DNA of 64,000 bases from Longimicrobiales bacterium (GCA_036374995.1 DASUSS010000152.1:1123-65122); one strand, 5' to 3'. Shown: positions 1 through 9,804, counted from the stretch's first letter. Translations and numbers: made by a program. The notes: a model not told the origin generated them from the sequence alone.

Positions 1-1595
1 TCGAGCGGCTGCGGCCGCTGCTCCGCCTGACCGACGCGCAGATCCAGCGCGCGCGGCGGCGCTGGCAGCAGCAGACACACCTGCCGATGGTCCTTCTCCA
101 GGATGCGCCGCCGGAGGCGGTCGCCGCCATCGCCGAGCGCAGGGCGCAGTTCCCCGCCGTGGTCGTGCACGAATACGCGAAGCGTCGCTATCCCGCCGGC
201 GAGGCGATCGCGCACTTCATCGGGTACATCAGCGAGATCAGCGAGCAGGAGCTCGAGCTGCCCGAGTTCCAGAGCTACGAGCAGGGCCGCTGGATCGGCA
301 AGGCGGGCCTCGAGCGGCAGTACGAGAGGCACCTCGGCGGCATCCCCGGCTATCGCTATCTCGAGATCGACGCGCGCGGCCGCATCCAGCGCTGGCTGCC
401 CGAGGAGATGGGGCTCCCGCCCGTGCCCGGCCGGGACCTGCACCTCTACCTCGATCTCGACCTCCAGGAGTACATCGCCAAGATCTTCCCACGCGAGTGG
501 GAGGGGTCGATCGTCGCGCTCGACCCCCAGACCGGCGGTGTGCTCGCCTACTACAGCCACCCGTCGTACGACCCGAACCTGTTCATCGGCGGGATCTCGA
601 CGGAGAACTACCAGAAGCTGAGAGAGGACCCGGGCATTCCGTTGCTCGACCGCGTCGTCGCGTCCGGACAGCCGGCGGCGTCGACGTGGAAGCTCGCAGT
701 CGCGGGCATGGCGCTCGACCTCGGCGTGCTCGATCCCGAAGCGTACATGCCCGTGCCGTGCACCGGCGGGCTCAGCTTCCAGGGTCGTTATGCCCGCTGC
801 CATGGCGTGCATGGCCGGCAGAACCTGATCGAGGGCATCAAGAACTCGTGCAACGTCTACTTCTATCAGGTCGGCATCAAGATCGGGCTGCGCCGCATGC
901 TCGAGCATGGTGCGCGGCTCGGCTTCGGCGAAAAGACCGGCATCGACGTCCCGCACGAGCTCGCGCCGAACTGGCCGGACATCGACTGGTGGCAGCGTAA
1001 TCGCAACTACACGCCCGCGGAAAACGAGGTGATGTCCCTCGCCATCGGTCAGGGCCCGATGACGATGACCATCATGAAGCTCGCGCACATCTACGCCGCG
1101 CTCACCGCGCCCGAAGGCAAGGTCCCCGCACCCCGCCTCGCCATCGAGAGCGGTGCGCCGCCCGACACCGTGGAGTTCCACACCTCGCCCCAGGACCGCT
1201 GGTATCTCGCGGCGGGCATGCGTCGCGTCGTCGCGCCGGGCGGCACCGCCGGACGCAGCCGTCTGCCCGAGTGGGATTTCATCGGCAAGACCGGCACCGC
1301 CCAGGCACCCAGCGGACCCGACCACGGATGGTTCGTCGGCATGGGCGCGCGCGAACCCGGCGCACCCCCCGAGATCGCCGTCACGATGTTCCTCGCGCAC
1401 TCGCTGCACGGCTACACCGCGTCCGGCTACGTCGCCGAAGCCATCAACTTCTATCTCAGCCGCAAGTACGGCCGGCCGTTCAAGATGTTCGCAACCGAGC
1501 GCATGCGGACGCAGAACGGACTGCCCGTCGACTGGCGCGCGTTCCAGACGCCCGTCGTCGATCCGCCCATGCCCGGCGGGAGCGGGCAGCGATAG
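1..1595 (+). CDS. mrdA: Penicillin-binding protein 2 (class B transpeptidase), 5'-truncated by window edge
   Basis: Frame of ORF 87..1595 stays open back to base 3. Translation carries STWK (SxxK), SCN (SxN) and KTGTA (KTG) in canonical order. Confidence 0.85.
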   Translation, partial: ERLRPLLRLTDAQIQRARRRWQQQTHLPMVLLQDAPPEAVAAIAERRAQFPAVVVHEYAKRRYPAGEAIAHFIGYISEISEQELELPEFQSYEQGRWIGKAGLERQYERHLGGIPGYRYLEIDARGRIQRWLPEEMGLPPVPGRDLHLYLDLDLQEYIAKIFPREWEGSIVALDPQTGGVLAYYSHPSYDPNLFIGGISTENYQKLREDPGIPLLDRVVASGQPAASTWKLAVAGMALDLGVLDPEAYMPVPCTGGLSFQGRYARCHGVHGRQNLIEGIKNSCNVYFYQVGIKIGLRRMLEHGARLGFGEKTGIDVPHELAPNWPDIDWWQRNRNYTPAENEVMSLAIGQGPMTMTIMKLAHIYAALTAPEGKVPAPRLAIESGAPPDTVEFHTSPQDRWYLAAGMRRVVAPGGTAGRSRLPEWDFIGKTGTAQAPSGPDHGWFVGMGAREPGAPPEIAVTMFLAHSLHGYTASGYVAEAINFYLSRKYGRPFKMFATERMRTQNGLPVDWRAFQTPVVDPPMPGGSGQR

Positions 1596-1890
1596 ACGAC
1601 ACGCCGCGAACGGACGTACAGCCGGAGCGCGCGCGACACTCACGGATCGCTGTTCGACGCAGATCCGTCCGGCCGATCGCCGTTTGATGCACGATCCCTC
1701 GGCGCGCGCCTCTGCCTCATCCGATCCTCTCCAGCGAGAGCGAGCCCGCCGTACTCCTCCCCGCGGCGCGCGCTTCCCGATCCACAACATATGGGGGTAG
1801 CAGAGCATCATCACCCCCATTACATTGTGGTCGAGTCCCTCTCCCTCTATCGATCCCAACCGGGAACGCGTCGGAAACAGGAGGCGATGA

Positions 1891-2958
1891 ATGGCCACTC
1901 CCTTCCTCAGCTCCGAGGAATACGACGAACGCGCACACCGCTATTACGACGACGGCAACTACGAGGCAGCGCTGGAGACGCTGAAGGAGGGACTGCGACT
2001 GTATCCGCATTCGGTCGAACTGTATGTAGGACTGGGCTATACGAGGCTGGCACGGGAGGAGTACGTCTGGGCGAAGCAGGCGTTCGAGCGGGGGCTGGTG
2101 CTGGATCCGGAGCACGAGGACGGGCTGGTGGGGCTGGGCGAGGCGCTGCTGCGGTTCGGGCAGGCGCAGGAGGCGCTGCATCTGTTCGCGCGGGCGCGCG
2201 AGACGGCGTGCGGCGAGGACCTCGAGCTGTTGCTGACGATGGGGCGCGCGCTGTATCGGGAGCGCATGTACATCGAGGCGCGCGAGGTGTTCGCGGAAGC
2301 GGTCGAGCTGCACGCGGGCAGTGCGGAGGCGGCGGCCGCGTATGGCTACACGCTGCACCGGCTGGAAGAGGAGACGGCGGCGCGGCGGCAGCTGCGGCGA
2401 GCGCTCCACCTGGACAGCGAGTATCACGAGGCGCGGATCTATCTGGGCCACCTGTTGTACGATCGCGGGGACTGGGTCGGTGCGGCGCGGGAGTTCGAGC
2501 GGGTGTCGCCATCGGAGCACTGGGACACGCTGGCGCTGTGGCGTCTGATCGAGCTGAAGCGTGCGCTGGAAGGGCTGCAGCCGGGTGCGCCGGAGCTGGC
2601 GGTGTGGGAGCGTCGGCTGGCGGAGGTGGACGGCCAGGAGGATGCGATCGACGAGCTGCTGGCGGAGGTCGAGTCGGAGGCGCAGACGACGGCGCCGGAG
2701 GCGGTGGTGGCGGTGGCGGACACGGACGTGGGTGCGCATCGGGTGCATCTGCCGGATGGCGTGGTGGTGGCGGGGACGTGGCAGGACATCGTGGAGCAGC
2801 TGAGGCAGGTGCGCTCGCCGGGCGAGACGATCGCACAGTTCATGCGTAGGATGGCGGACGAGGCGCAGGCGCGTGCGGGTGTGGCGGTGCCTGCAGAGGA
2901 TGCGCGGAGCGTCGTACTGGCGGGCGCTCGCGCGGGATTCTGGCAGATCGAGTACTGA
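1891..2958 (+). CDS. TPR-repeat protein
   Basis: Repeated 34-aa-like A/L/Y/G patterns (YYDDGNYEAALETLKEGLRLYP, WAKQAFERGLVLDP). GGAGG 7 nt upstream of the ATG. Confidence 0.7.
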   Translation: MATPFLSSEEYDERAHRYYDDGNYEAALETLKEGLRLYPHSVELYVGLGYTRLAREEYVWAKQAFERGLVLDPEHEDGLVGLGEALLRFGQAQEALHLFARARETACGEDLELLLTMGRALYRERMYIEAREVFAEAVELHAGSAEAAAAYGYTLHRLEEETAARRQLRRALHLDSEYHEARIYLGHLLYDRGDWVGAAREFERVSPSEHWDTLALWRLIELKRALEGLQPGAPELAVWERRLAEVDGQEDAIDELLAEVESEAQTTAPEAVVAVADTDVGAHRVHLPDGVVVAGTWQDIVEQLRQVRSPGETIAQFMRRMADEAQARAGVAVPAEDARSVVLAGARAGFWQIEY

Positions 2959-2962
2959 CGAA

Positions 2963-3985
2963 ATGATCGATGCGGATCGCGTGCTCCGGCCTCTGCGCGA
3001 GGCGGAGCCGGCGATCGACAGGCTGGACAGCTACGAGTCGCCCGCAGTGCTGACGGAAGCGCTGCGGGCGACGTGGCAAGCCGTGGAGCGGACGCTGCGC
3101 ACGCTGCTGCGCAGCGACGCCACTGCCCCCGATGACATCCGATTGACGGCGATGTCGCCGGACCAGATGAGCACGGACACGGTGCTGACGGAGCTGCGTC
3201 GTCGGGAGCTGATCTCGCTGGCGCTGGCCGGGCGGGTGCACGAGCTGCGGCAGGCACTGCAGCGTGCCGACCGGGGCGAGGTGCGCGCGTCGGATGCGGA
3301 CATCGCCGAGGACATCGTGCGCACGCTTACCGCGGAGGTGCACGGCATCGCGCGCCGCTCGGTGTCACCGCCGAAGCAGGCGGCGGCGAAGGCGGCACCG
3401 GCCGCCGGTGACGAGACGGACTGGGACGAGGCGGACGTGGTGGGGTACCGCGGCGGCCTGTCGCTGCCGCGCCGTCCGCTCGTGCTGGCCGCGCTCGCGG
3501 TGGTGCTGCTCGCGATCGCGATCGTCGCCGTGCTGCTGCTCGGCGGCGAGTCGGAGATGGAGCGGGGCGTCGCGGCGTTCCGCGAGGACCGGCACGCGGC
3601 CGCCGAGCAGCATTTCCGGGCGACGCTCGCGGACGATGAGGACAACAACACGGCGCGCCTCTACCTCGCGCGGATCCTGCGCGAGGATGGCCGCACCGAG
3701 GAAGCGGCGCAGCTGCTGCGCGCGGCGGCGACCACGGCGCCGGACGATGCGGCCGTGCGGAGGGAGCTCGGTTACCTGCTGCTCGATCAGAACCTCCCCG
3801 AGCGTGCGGCCGAGCAGTTCCGTCGCGCCGTGGAGCTGGACGCGGAGGAGCCGCTCAACTGGGTCGGCCTGGTCGAGGCGCTGAGTCGCAGCGGCGACCC
3901 GCTCGCCGAGGAGTGGCTGCGGCGTGCACCCGCGGAGGCGCAGGAGATGGTGCGGCAGCGCCGTTCGGGCAGTAGCCTGCCCTGA
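2963..3985 (+). CDS. Membrane-anchored TPR-repeat protein
   Basis: In-frame ATG 5 nt after the upstream stop. One hydrophobic helix (LVLAALAVVLLAIAIVAVLLLGG) followed by TPR-like repeats. Start chosen inside ORF 2873..3985. Confidence 0.6.
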   Translation: MIDADRVLRPLREAEPAIDRLDSYESPAVLTEALRATWQAVERTLRTLLRSDATAPDDIRLTAMSPDQMSTDTVLTELRRRELISLALAGRVHELRQALQRADRGEVRASDADIAEDIVRTLTAEVHGIARRSVSPPKQAAAKAAPAAGDETDWDEADVVGYRGGLSLPRRPLVLAALAVVLLAIAIVAVLLLGGESEMERGVAAFREDRHAAAEQHFRATLADDEDNNTARLYLARILREDGRTEEAAQLLRAAATTAPDDAAVRRELGYLLLDQNLPERAAEQFRRAVELDAEEPLNWVGLVEALSRSGDPLAEEWLRRAPAEAQEMVRQRRSGSSLP

Positions 3986-4108
3986 TCATGCCGTTTTCAT
4001 GGCCGTGGCCCGGACCTTGACGCAGTGTGGTGATTTCCGGATAATGGCGCGGCGACGGTGGCCTGTGCGAACCGCCAGGCCGCGTACCCGAGCAAGGAGA
4101 GGGATGTG

Positions 4109-4576
4109 ATGGGACAGAGGCGGAGCAGCGCGTTCACAATGGCGGCGGTTCTCGTGCTCGCGGCGTGCGGCGGCGGTGACGCGGGCGACCAGACGGAGCC
4201 GGCGGATGACATGGGTCCGGACACGTCGGCGGCCGCGCCGACGACGCCGTCATCGACGGTCGGTGCGAATGTCGAGTTGCCGGAGGGCGTGACGCAGGCG
4301 ATGGTCGCGGAGGGCGAACAGATCTTCAACCAGCAGATCTGCTTCACGTGTCATGGCGCGAACGGTGTCGGCACGACGCTCGGCCCGCCGATGACGGATC
4401 AGGAGTGGCTGAACATCGACGGCTCGTACGAGGCGATCATCGAGGTCGTGCGCACGGGCGTGGTGCAACCCGTACAGTACCCCTCGCCGATGCCGGCGAT
4501 GGGCGGGATCCAGCTCAGCGAGGACCAGATCCGCGCGGTGGCCGCGTACGTCTACGCGCTCAGTCGCGGCGGCTGA
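4109..4576 (+). CDS. Monohaem c-type cytochrome, lipoprotein
   Basis: CFTCH haem-binding motif, distal MPAM, lipobox-like LAAC. aaggagagg Shine-Dalgarno (SD) sequence before the ATG at 4109. Confidence 0.75.
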   Translation: MGQRRSSAFTMAAVLVLAACGGGDAGDQTEPADDMGPDTSAAAPTTPSSTVGANVELPEGVTQAMVAEGEQIFNQQICFTCHGANGVGTTLGPPMTDQEWLNIDGSYEAIIEVVRTGVVQPVQYPSPMPAMGGIQLSEDQIRAVAAYVYALSRGG

Positions 4577-4577
4577 T

Positions 4578-5051
4578 TTGGACCACAGGGGCAGCAGCGG
4601 GGCGCCGGCACGCCGACTTGCGCGTGCCGGCGCTCTCGTGTTGTTGGCATTCGTCGGCGCGTGCGATGAGGTGCCGGGCGACGCGGGGCCGCGGGTCCTG
4701 GAGCTGGCGAGTGACACGATCCAGCTCGAGCCGGGCACGGAGCTCGTGGAAGTGACGGTGCGACGCTCCGCATCGGGTGACTTCGACCCGGGCCGCGCGG
4801 AGGCGCGCACGGGCGATGTGGTTCGCTTCAGCGCTGCCGACAACGGTGGTCATGCGATCGTGTTCGAGGGAGCAGCGCTGTCGGACAGCGCGCGCGCGTG
4901 GCTCGAGCGTACCGCACAGCTGCGCGGGCCGCCGCTCATCGAGAGCGGCGCGGCGTGGGTCATCACGCTCGCGGGCGCACCGCCCGGCGACTATCCGTTC
5001 CATTGCACGACGCACAATCGGAGCGGGCACCTGGTCGTGGCGCCGCGCTGA
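4578..5051 (+). CDS. Cupredoxin-fold (plastocyanin/azurin-like) blue copper protein, lipoprotein
   Basis: C-terminal YPFHCTTHNRSGHLVV matches the cupredoxin C-x2-H-x4-(M) loop. Upstream GGHAIVF supplies a His. Lipobox FVGAC. TTG start 2 nt after the cytochrome c stop. Confidence 0.6.
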   Translation: MDHRGSSGAPARRLARAGALVLLAFVGACDEVPGDAGPRVLELASDTIQLEPGTELVEVTVRRSASGDFDPGRAEARTGDVVRFSAADNGGHAIVFEGAALSDSARAWLERTAQLRGPPLIESGAAWVITLAGAPPGDYPFHCTTHNRSGHLVVAPR

Positions 5052-5088
5052 CTGGCCGCATCATCCCGTCAGACCTATACTCCCGCCC

Positions 5089-6150
5089 ATGTCGAGGATA
5101 GCGATCATCCCCGGTGACGGTATCGGTGTCGACGTCACGCAGGAGGCCGTGAAGGTACTCGGCTGCATCCGGGAGGAGACGGGCATCGGGCTGGAGCTGG
5201 TGGAATGGGACCTCGGTGCGCAGCGCTACCTAGACACCGGCATGACCATCACGGCCGAGGAGATGACGGAGCTCGGTCGCGATTACGATGCGATCTTTCT
5301 CGGCGCCATGGGCGACCCGCGGGTGCCGGACAATGTCCACGCGCGCGACATCCTGCTCGGGATGCGCTTCCAGCTCGATCTCTACATCAACCTCCGTCCG
5401 GTCCGCCTGTTCGACAGCCGGTTGTCACCGCTGCGCGATGTGAAGCCCGAAGATGTCGACATGATCATCTTCCGCGAGAACACGGAAGGCGTGTATGTCG
5501 GGATGGGCGGCAACTTCAAGAGGGGCACGCCGGACGAGGTTGCGATCGAGGAGGATGTCAACACTTGGAAGGGTGCCGAGCGGATCATACGTGCGGCGTT
5601 CGAGCACGCGCGGGCACACGGCCGCCGTCGCGTCACGCTCTCCGACAAGGCGAACGCGATGCCGCATGCCGGCGGACTGTACCGCCGCGTGTTTGCGGAG
5701 GTGGGCGCGGAGTATTCCGATGTGGAGCGGAACGCGGTATATGCGGATGCGCTCGCGCTCGACCTCGTGCTTCACCCCTCGCGCTACGACGTCATCGTCG
5801 CACCGAATCTGTTCGGCGATATCCTGAGCGACCTGGCTGCGGCGCTCGTCGGCGGGCTGGGTCTCGCGCCGTCGGCGAGCCTGCATCCGGGCCGTATCGG
5901 GCTGTTCGAGCCGGTGCACGGATCGGCGCCGGACATCGCGGGGACGAACCGCGCGAATCCGCTGGCCGCGATCATGACGGCAGCGCTCATGCTGCGTCAG
6001 CTCGGTCACGGCGCCGTGGGCGCCGCGGTGGAGCAGAGCGTGCAGCGCGCGGTACGCGGCGGTCATACGACGGAGGATCTGGGCGGCACTCTCGGGACGG
6101 ATGAGGTGGGTGACTGGGTGTGTCGTGATCTACGGGAGGCGGGCTGGTGA
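5089..6150 (+). CDS. 3-isopropylmalate / tartrate dehydrogenase family (beta-decarboxylating dehydrogenase)
   Basis: N-terminus MSRIAIIPGDGIGVDV and NLFGDILSD motif typical of the family. Start chosen inside ORF 4777..6150. Confidence 0.8.
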   Translation: MSRIAIIPGDGIGVDVTQEAVKVLGCIREETGIGLELVEWDLGAQRYLDTGMTITAEEMTELGRDYDAIFLGAMGDPRVPDNVHARDILLGMRFQLDLYINLRPVRLFDSRLSPLRDVKPEDVDMIIFRENTEGVYVGMGGNFKRGTPDEVAIEEDVNTWKGAERIIRAAFEHARAHGRRRVTLSDKANAMPHAGGLYRRVFAEVGAEYSDVERNAVYADALALDLVLHPSRYDVIVAPNLFGDILSDLAAALVGGLGLAPSASLHPGRIGLFEPVHGSAPDIAGTNRANPLAAIMTAALMLRQLGHGAVGAAVEQSVQRAVRGGHTTEDLGGTLGTDEVGDWVCRDLREAGW

Positions 6151-7400
6151 CGGCCGGCGAGACGCACCGGCGGCCGCTCGGCGCGATTCTGCTGGAGTCC
6201 GGCCGGATCACGGAAGCCGATGTCGATCGGGCGCTCGCCCATCAGCGCGTGCACGGCGGGTTCTTCGGCCAGGCGCTCGTCTCGCTCGGCATTCTGTCAC
6301 GCGAGGAGACGGACTGGGCCCTCGCGAACCACTTCGATCTGCCGTTCATCTTCCCGAACGCCGAAGCCGTCGATCGCGACGCGGCGCAGCTGGTGCGGGC
6401 GGACTGGGCTCTGGCGCACATGGCCGTGCCGATCGTGCGAGCGGGCCGGGTCGTGACGCTCGTGGTGACGGAGCCGCTCGCGCGCGATGTGATCGAGGAG
6501 CTCCAGTCGCGCACGGGCCATCAGGTCGAGATGGCGCTGGCCTCGGCACCGCGCATCCGCGAGCTGATCCACTCCGTCTACGATACCGGCGATGCACGGC
6601 CGGCGCACGGCGAGCAGCAGCTGACGCTCGAGGAGTTCATCGGCCGCGTGCTGGCGCACGGCGCGGATCGATTCGGCATCTCCGTGCGCGGCACGGCGGC
6701 GCTGTGCTGGTGGCACGCGCGGTCGGAGACGCGCCGCGCGCAGCTGACCGAGGGCTGGGAGGCGACACTCGACCGGGTGATCCGGCCCGCACCGCTCGAG
6801 CACATGCGCCGTGCCCACGACGAGAACGTACAGTGGGAGGCAGTGCTGGAGCGCGGTGGTGCCGAGCTGGCGCTGGAGGCCCAGGCGCTGCTCGGAGTCG
6901 GCGGGGCGGAGCTGCTGTTCCGTCCGCTTCAGAACCTCCCCGTCGCGGCTGCGGCCGCAGAGATCCTGCTCCCGGCCACGCTCATGACGGAGCTGCGACT
7001 GCTGTGGCGCAGCGGTGCGGCACGGATCGCCGTCGAGGCCGAACGGACCGAGGCGGCACGCGCACTGCTGCCACTGATCCCGTCGCTCGCGGTCGGCGAG
7101 CAGGTGCGCGCCGTGCATGTGAACGAGACGGGCGAGGGCGGATCGGCCTACACGCTGCGGGCCGGCCCCGATGACGCGTTTGCCGAGCTGCTCGCCGGCT
7201 ACGAGCTGGATGCCATCACGATCGATCTGCCGGCCGAGGGGTACCCGGTGCGCGGGCTGCTGCGGGCCGCCCCGCTCAGCCTGCTCCTGCTGCACACGCC
7301 GGAGGCGCGGCTTCCGGCGGAGTGGGACGTGAACTGGCTGCTCACGATCACCGGCGAGCCCGGCGGCTTCGTCTGGCATCTGCGCGCGCTTCACCGCTGA
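6147..7400 (+). CDS. GspE/PilB-like protein with T2SSE N-terminal (MshEN-type) domain and apparently degenerate ATPase core
   Basis: N-terminus LGAILLESGRITEADVDRALAHQ...LVSLGILSREE resembles the GspE N-terminal domain. No GxxGxGKS/T anywhere. GTGA overlap with the upstream stop. Confidence 0.7.
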   Translation: MTAGETHRRPLGAILLESGRITEADVDRALAHQRVHGGFFGQALVSLGILSREETDWALANHFDLPFIFPNAEAVDRDAAQLVRADWALAHMAVPIVRAGRVVTLVVTEPLARDVIEELQSRTGHQVEMALASAPRIRELIHSVYDTGDARPAHGEQQLTLEEFIGRVLAHGADRFGISVRGTAALCWWHARSETRRAQLTEGWEATLDRVIRPAPLEHMRRAHDENVQWEAVLERGGAELALEAQALLGVGGAELLFRPLQNLPVAAAAAEILLPATLMTELRLLWRSGAARIAVEAERTEAARALLPLIPSLAVGEQVRAVHVNETGEGGSAYTLRAGPDDAFAELLAGYELDAITIDLPAEGYPVRGLLRAAPLSLLLLHTPEARLPAEWDVNWLLTITGEPGGFVWHLRALHR

Positions 7401-7410
7401 ACCGGTAGTC

Positions 7411-8490
7411 ATGGCTCAGATCGATCAGTTCCTGCGCCTCATGGTGCAGCAGAAGGGCTCGGACCTGCATCTCACCGTCGGTTCACCGCCGATCGTGCGG
7501 CAGCACGGTCATCTCACGCGCATCAAGTTTCGCGACCTCGCGCCGGCCGACCTCCAGGCGCTCCTCTTCGAGATCATGCCGCCGACACAGAAGGCGGAGT
7601 TCGAGAAGACGAGTGATGTCGACTTCGCGTACGAGATCGCCGATGTCGCCCGCTTCCGCGTGAACGTGTTCCGCCAGCGCAAGGGGATGGGCTGCGTGCT
7701 GCGCACGATTCCGAGCACGGTCCTGTCCGCGGACGACCTGAACCTGCCGGAGGGTGTGCGTCGGTTCTGCAAGCTCACGAAGGGACTCGTGCTCGTCACC
7801 GGCCCCACCGGCTCGGGCAAGAGCACCACGCTCGCCGCCATGGTCGACCTCATCAACGAGACGCGGGCCGACCACATCCTGACGATCGAGGATCCGATCG
7901 AGTTCGTGCACACGAACAAGATGGGACTCGTCAATCAGCGCGAGATCGGCAATCACACGGTCTCGTTCGCGTCCGCACTGCGTGCCGCGCTGCGCGAGGA
8001 CCCCGACGTAATCCTCGTCGGCGAGATGCGGGATCTCGAGACGATCTCGCTCGGCCTCACCGCAGCGGAGACCGGCCACCTCGTGTTCGGCACCCTGCAC
8101 ACGAGCTCCGCCGCGAAGACGGTCGACCGCATCATCAACGTCTTCCCGGCCGAGGAACAGGAGCAGGTCCGCGCCATGCTCGCCGAGACGCTGCGCGGCG
8201 TGGTCGCCCAGCAGCTCCTGCGGAAGGCGGACGGCTCCGGCCGCGTCGCCGCACTCGAGATCATGGTCGGCACGCCCGCCATCGGCAACATGATCCGCGA
8301 GGCGAAGACACATCAGATCACGAGCATGATCCAGACGGGGAAGAAGGACGGCATGCAGCTCATGGATCAGGCCATCCTCGACTATCTGATGCGCAAGGTG
8401 ATCGCCCCGGAGGAGGCGTACGCGAAGGCGCACAGCAAGGCGGAGTTCCTCCCCTATCTGGACGGGAAGACGGCGGGGGCGCAGCAGTGA
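7411..8490 (+). CDS. pilT: Twitching-motility (type IV pilus retraction) ATPase PilT
   Basis: About 359 aa. Contains SDLHL, Walker A GPTGSGKSTT, ILTIEDPIEF, ILVGEMRD and GHLVFGTLHT. Confidence 0.9.
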   Translation: MAQIDQFLRLMVQQKGSDLHLTVGSPPIVRQHGHLTRIKFRDLAPADLQALLFEIMPPTQKAEFEKTSDVDFAYEIADVARFRVNVFRQRKGMGCVLRTIPSTVLSADDLNLPEGVRRFCKLTKGLVLVTGPTGSGKSTTLAAMVDLINETRADHILTIEDPIEFVHTNKMGLVNQREIGNHTVSFASALRAALREDPDVILVGEMRDLETISLGLTAAETGHLVFGTLHTSSAAKTVDRIINVFPAEEQEQVRAMLAETLRGVVAQQLLRKADGSGRVAALEIMVGTPAIGNMIREAKTHQITSMIQTGKKDGMQLMDQAILDYLMRKVIAPEEAYAKAHSKAEFLPYLDGKTAGAQQ

Positions 8491-8613
8491 GGCTCGCAGC
8501 GCCGTGGCGCCGTGGTCCGGAGCGCGGCCGTCTGGCGAAGTGCAGGGTATCAGTGCGATGATGGCGCCGGAGCCCGGAGCTCCCGGAGCCACGAATTCTC
8601 GAGGAATCAGACA

Positions 8614-9804
8614 ATGAGCAAGGAAGTCGTTTTCCTGTCGGGCCGGCGGACGCCGTTCGGGACGTTCGGCGGCTCGCTGAAGGGATTCAGCGCGACGGAT
8701 CTCGGCGCGCATGCGGCGGCCTCCGCGTTGAAGGCGGCGGGTGTGGATCCGGCGGCGGTCGGTCACGTCATCTTCGGCAATGCGCTGCAGACATCGTCGG
8801 ACGCGATCTATCTCGCGCGACACGTCGGACTGCGTGCAGGTCTGCCGGTGGAGGTTCCCGCGCTGACGGTGAACCGCCTGTGCGGTTCGGGTTTCCAGGC
8901 GATCGTGAGCGGCGCGGAGCAGATCCTGCTCGGTGAGACGGAGGTCGCACTGTGCGGCGGAGCCGAGAGCATGAGCCAGGCGCCGCACGTGGTGCGCGGC
9001 GCGCGGTGGGGTGAACTGCGACTGGGCGAGGCGGGCGGCTCCTTCGAGGATCTGCTGTGGGCGGCACTGACGGACTCGCAGTGCGGCCTGTCGATGGCGC
9101 AGACGGCGGAGAAGCTGGCGGAGAAGTACGGCATCACGCGGACCGAGGCGGACGAGGTGGCGGTCCGCTCGCAGCAGCGCGCGAAGCAGGCGTGGGATGA
9201 GGGGCGCATGGCGGCGGAGGTCGAACCGATCGCGGTCCGGACGCGCAAGGGCGAGGTGTCGTTCAACGCGGATGAGCACATGCGTCCCGACACGACGCTC
9301 GAGTCGCTCGCAGGCCTGCGACCGTACTTCAAGAAGGACGGACTGGTGACGGCGGGCAATGCGAGCGGCATCGGCGATGGTGCGGCGGCCGTCGTGATTG
9401 CGGACGCGAAGTGGGCCGAGCGCGAGGGTCTCGCGCCGATCGGTCGGCTGGTCGCGTGGGGCGTGGCCGGCGTGGAGCCGGACATCATGGGGATCGGACC
9501 CGCACCGTCGGCGCGCAAGGCGCTCGAGAAGGCCGGAATGAAGCTGGACAGGATGGATCTCGTCGATGTCAATGAAGCGTTCGCCCCGCAATTCGCCGCC
9601 GTCGCCCGGGAGCTCGAGCTGGATCCCGCGAAGACGAACGTGAACGGCGGCGCGATCGCGATCACTCACCCGCTCGCCGCATCCGGCGCGCGCATCACCG
9701 TCAACCTGCTGCACGAGCTGCGTCGTCGCGGCGGCCGCTACGGGCTCGGCGCTGCCTGCATCGGCGGCGGACAGGGGATGGCGGTCGTGGTCGAGGCGCT
9801 GTAG
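8614..9804 (+). CDS. Acetyl-CoA C-acetyltransferase (thiolase II)
   Basis: MSKEVVFLSGRRTPFG start, NRLCGSG active-site Cys region, C-terminal GLGAACIGGGQG. Confidence 0.9.
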   Translation: MSKEVVFLSGRRTPFGTFGGSLKGFSATDLGAHAAASALKAAGVDPAAVGHVIFGNALQTSSDAIYLARHVGLRAGLPVEVPALTVNRLCGSGFQAIVSGAEQILLGETEVALCGGAESMSQAPHVVRGARWGELRLGEAGGSFEDLLWAALTDSQCGLSMAQTAEKLAEKYGITRTEADEVAVRSQQRAKQAWDEGRMAAEVEPIAVRTRKGEVSFNADEHMRPDTTLESLAGLRPYFKKDGLVTAGNASGIGDGAAAVVIADAKWAEREGLAPIGRLVAWGVAGVEPDIMGIGPAPSARKALEKAGMKLDRMDLVDVNEAFAPQFAAVARELELDPAKTNVNGGAIAITHPLAASGARITVNLLHELRRRGGRYGLGAACIGGGQGMAVVVEAL

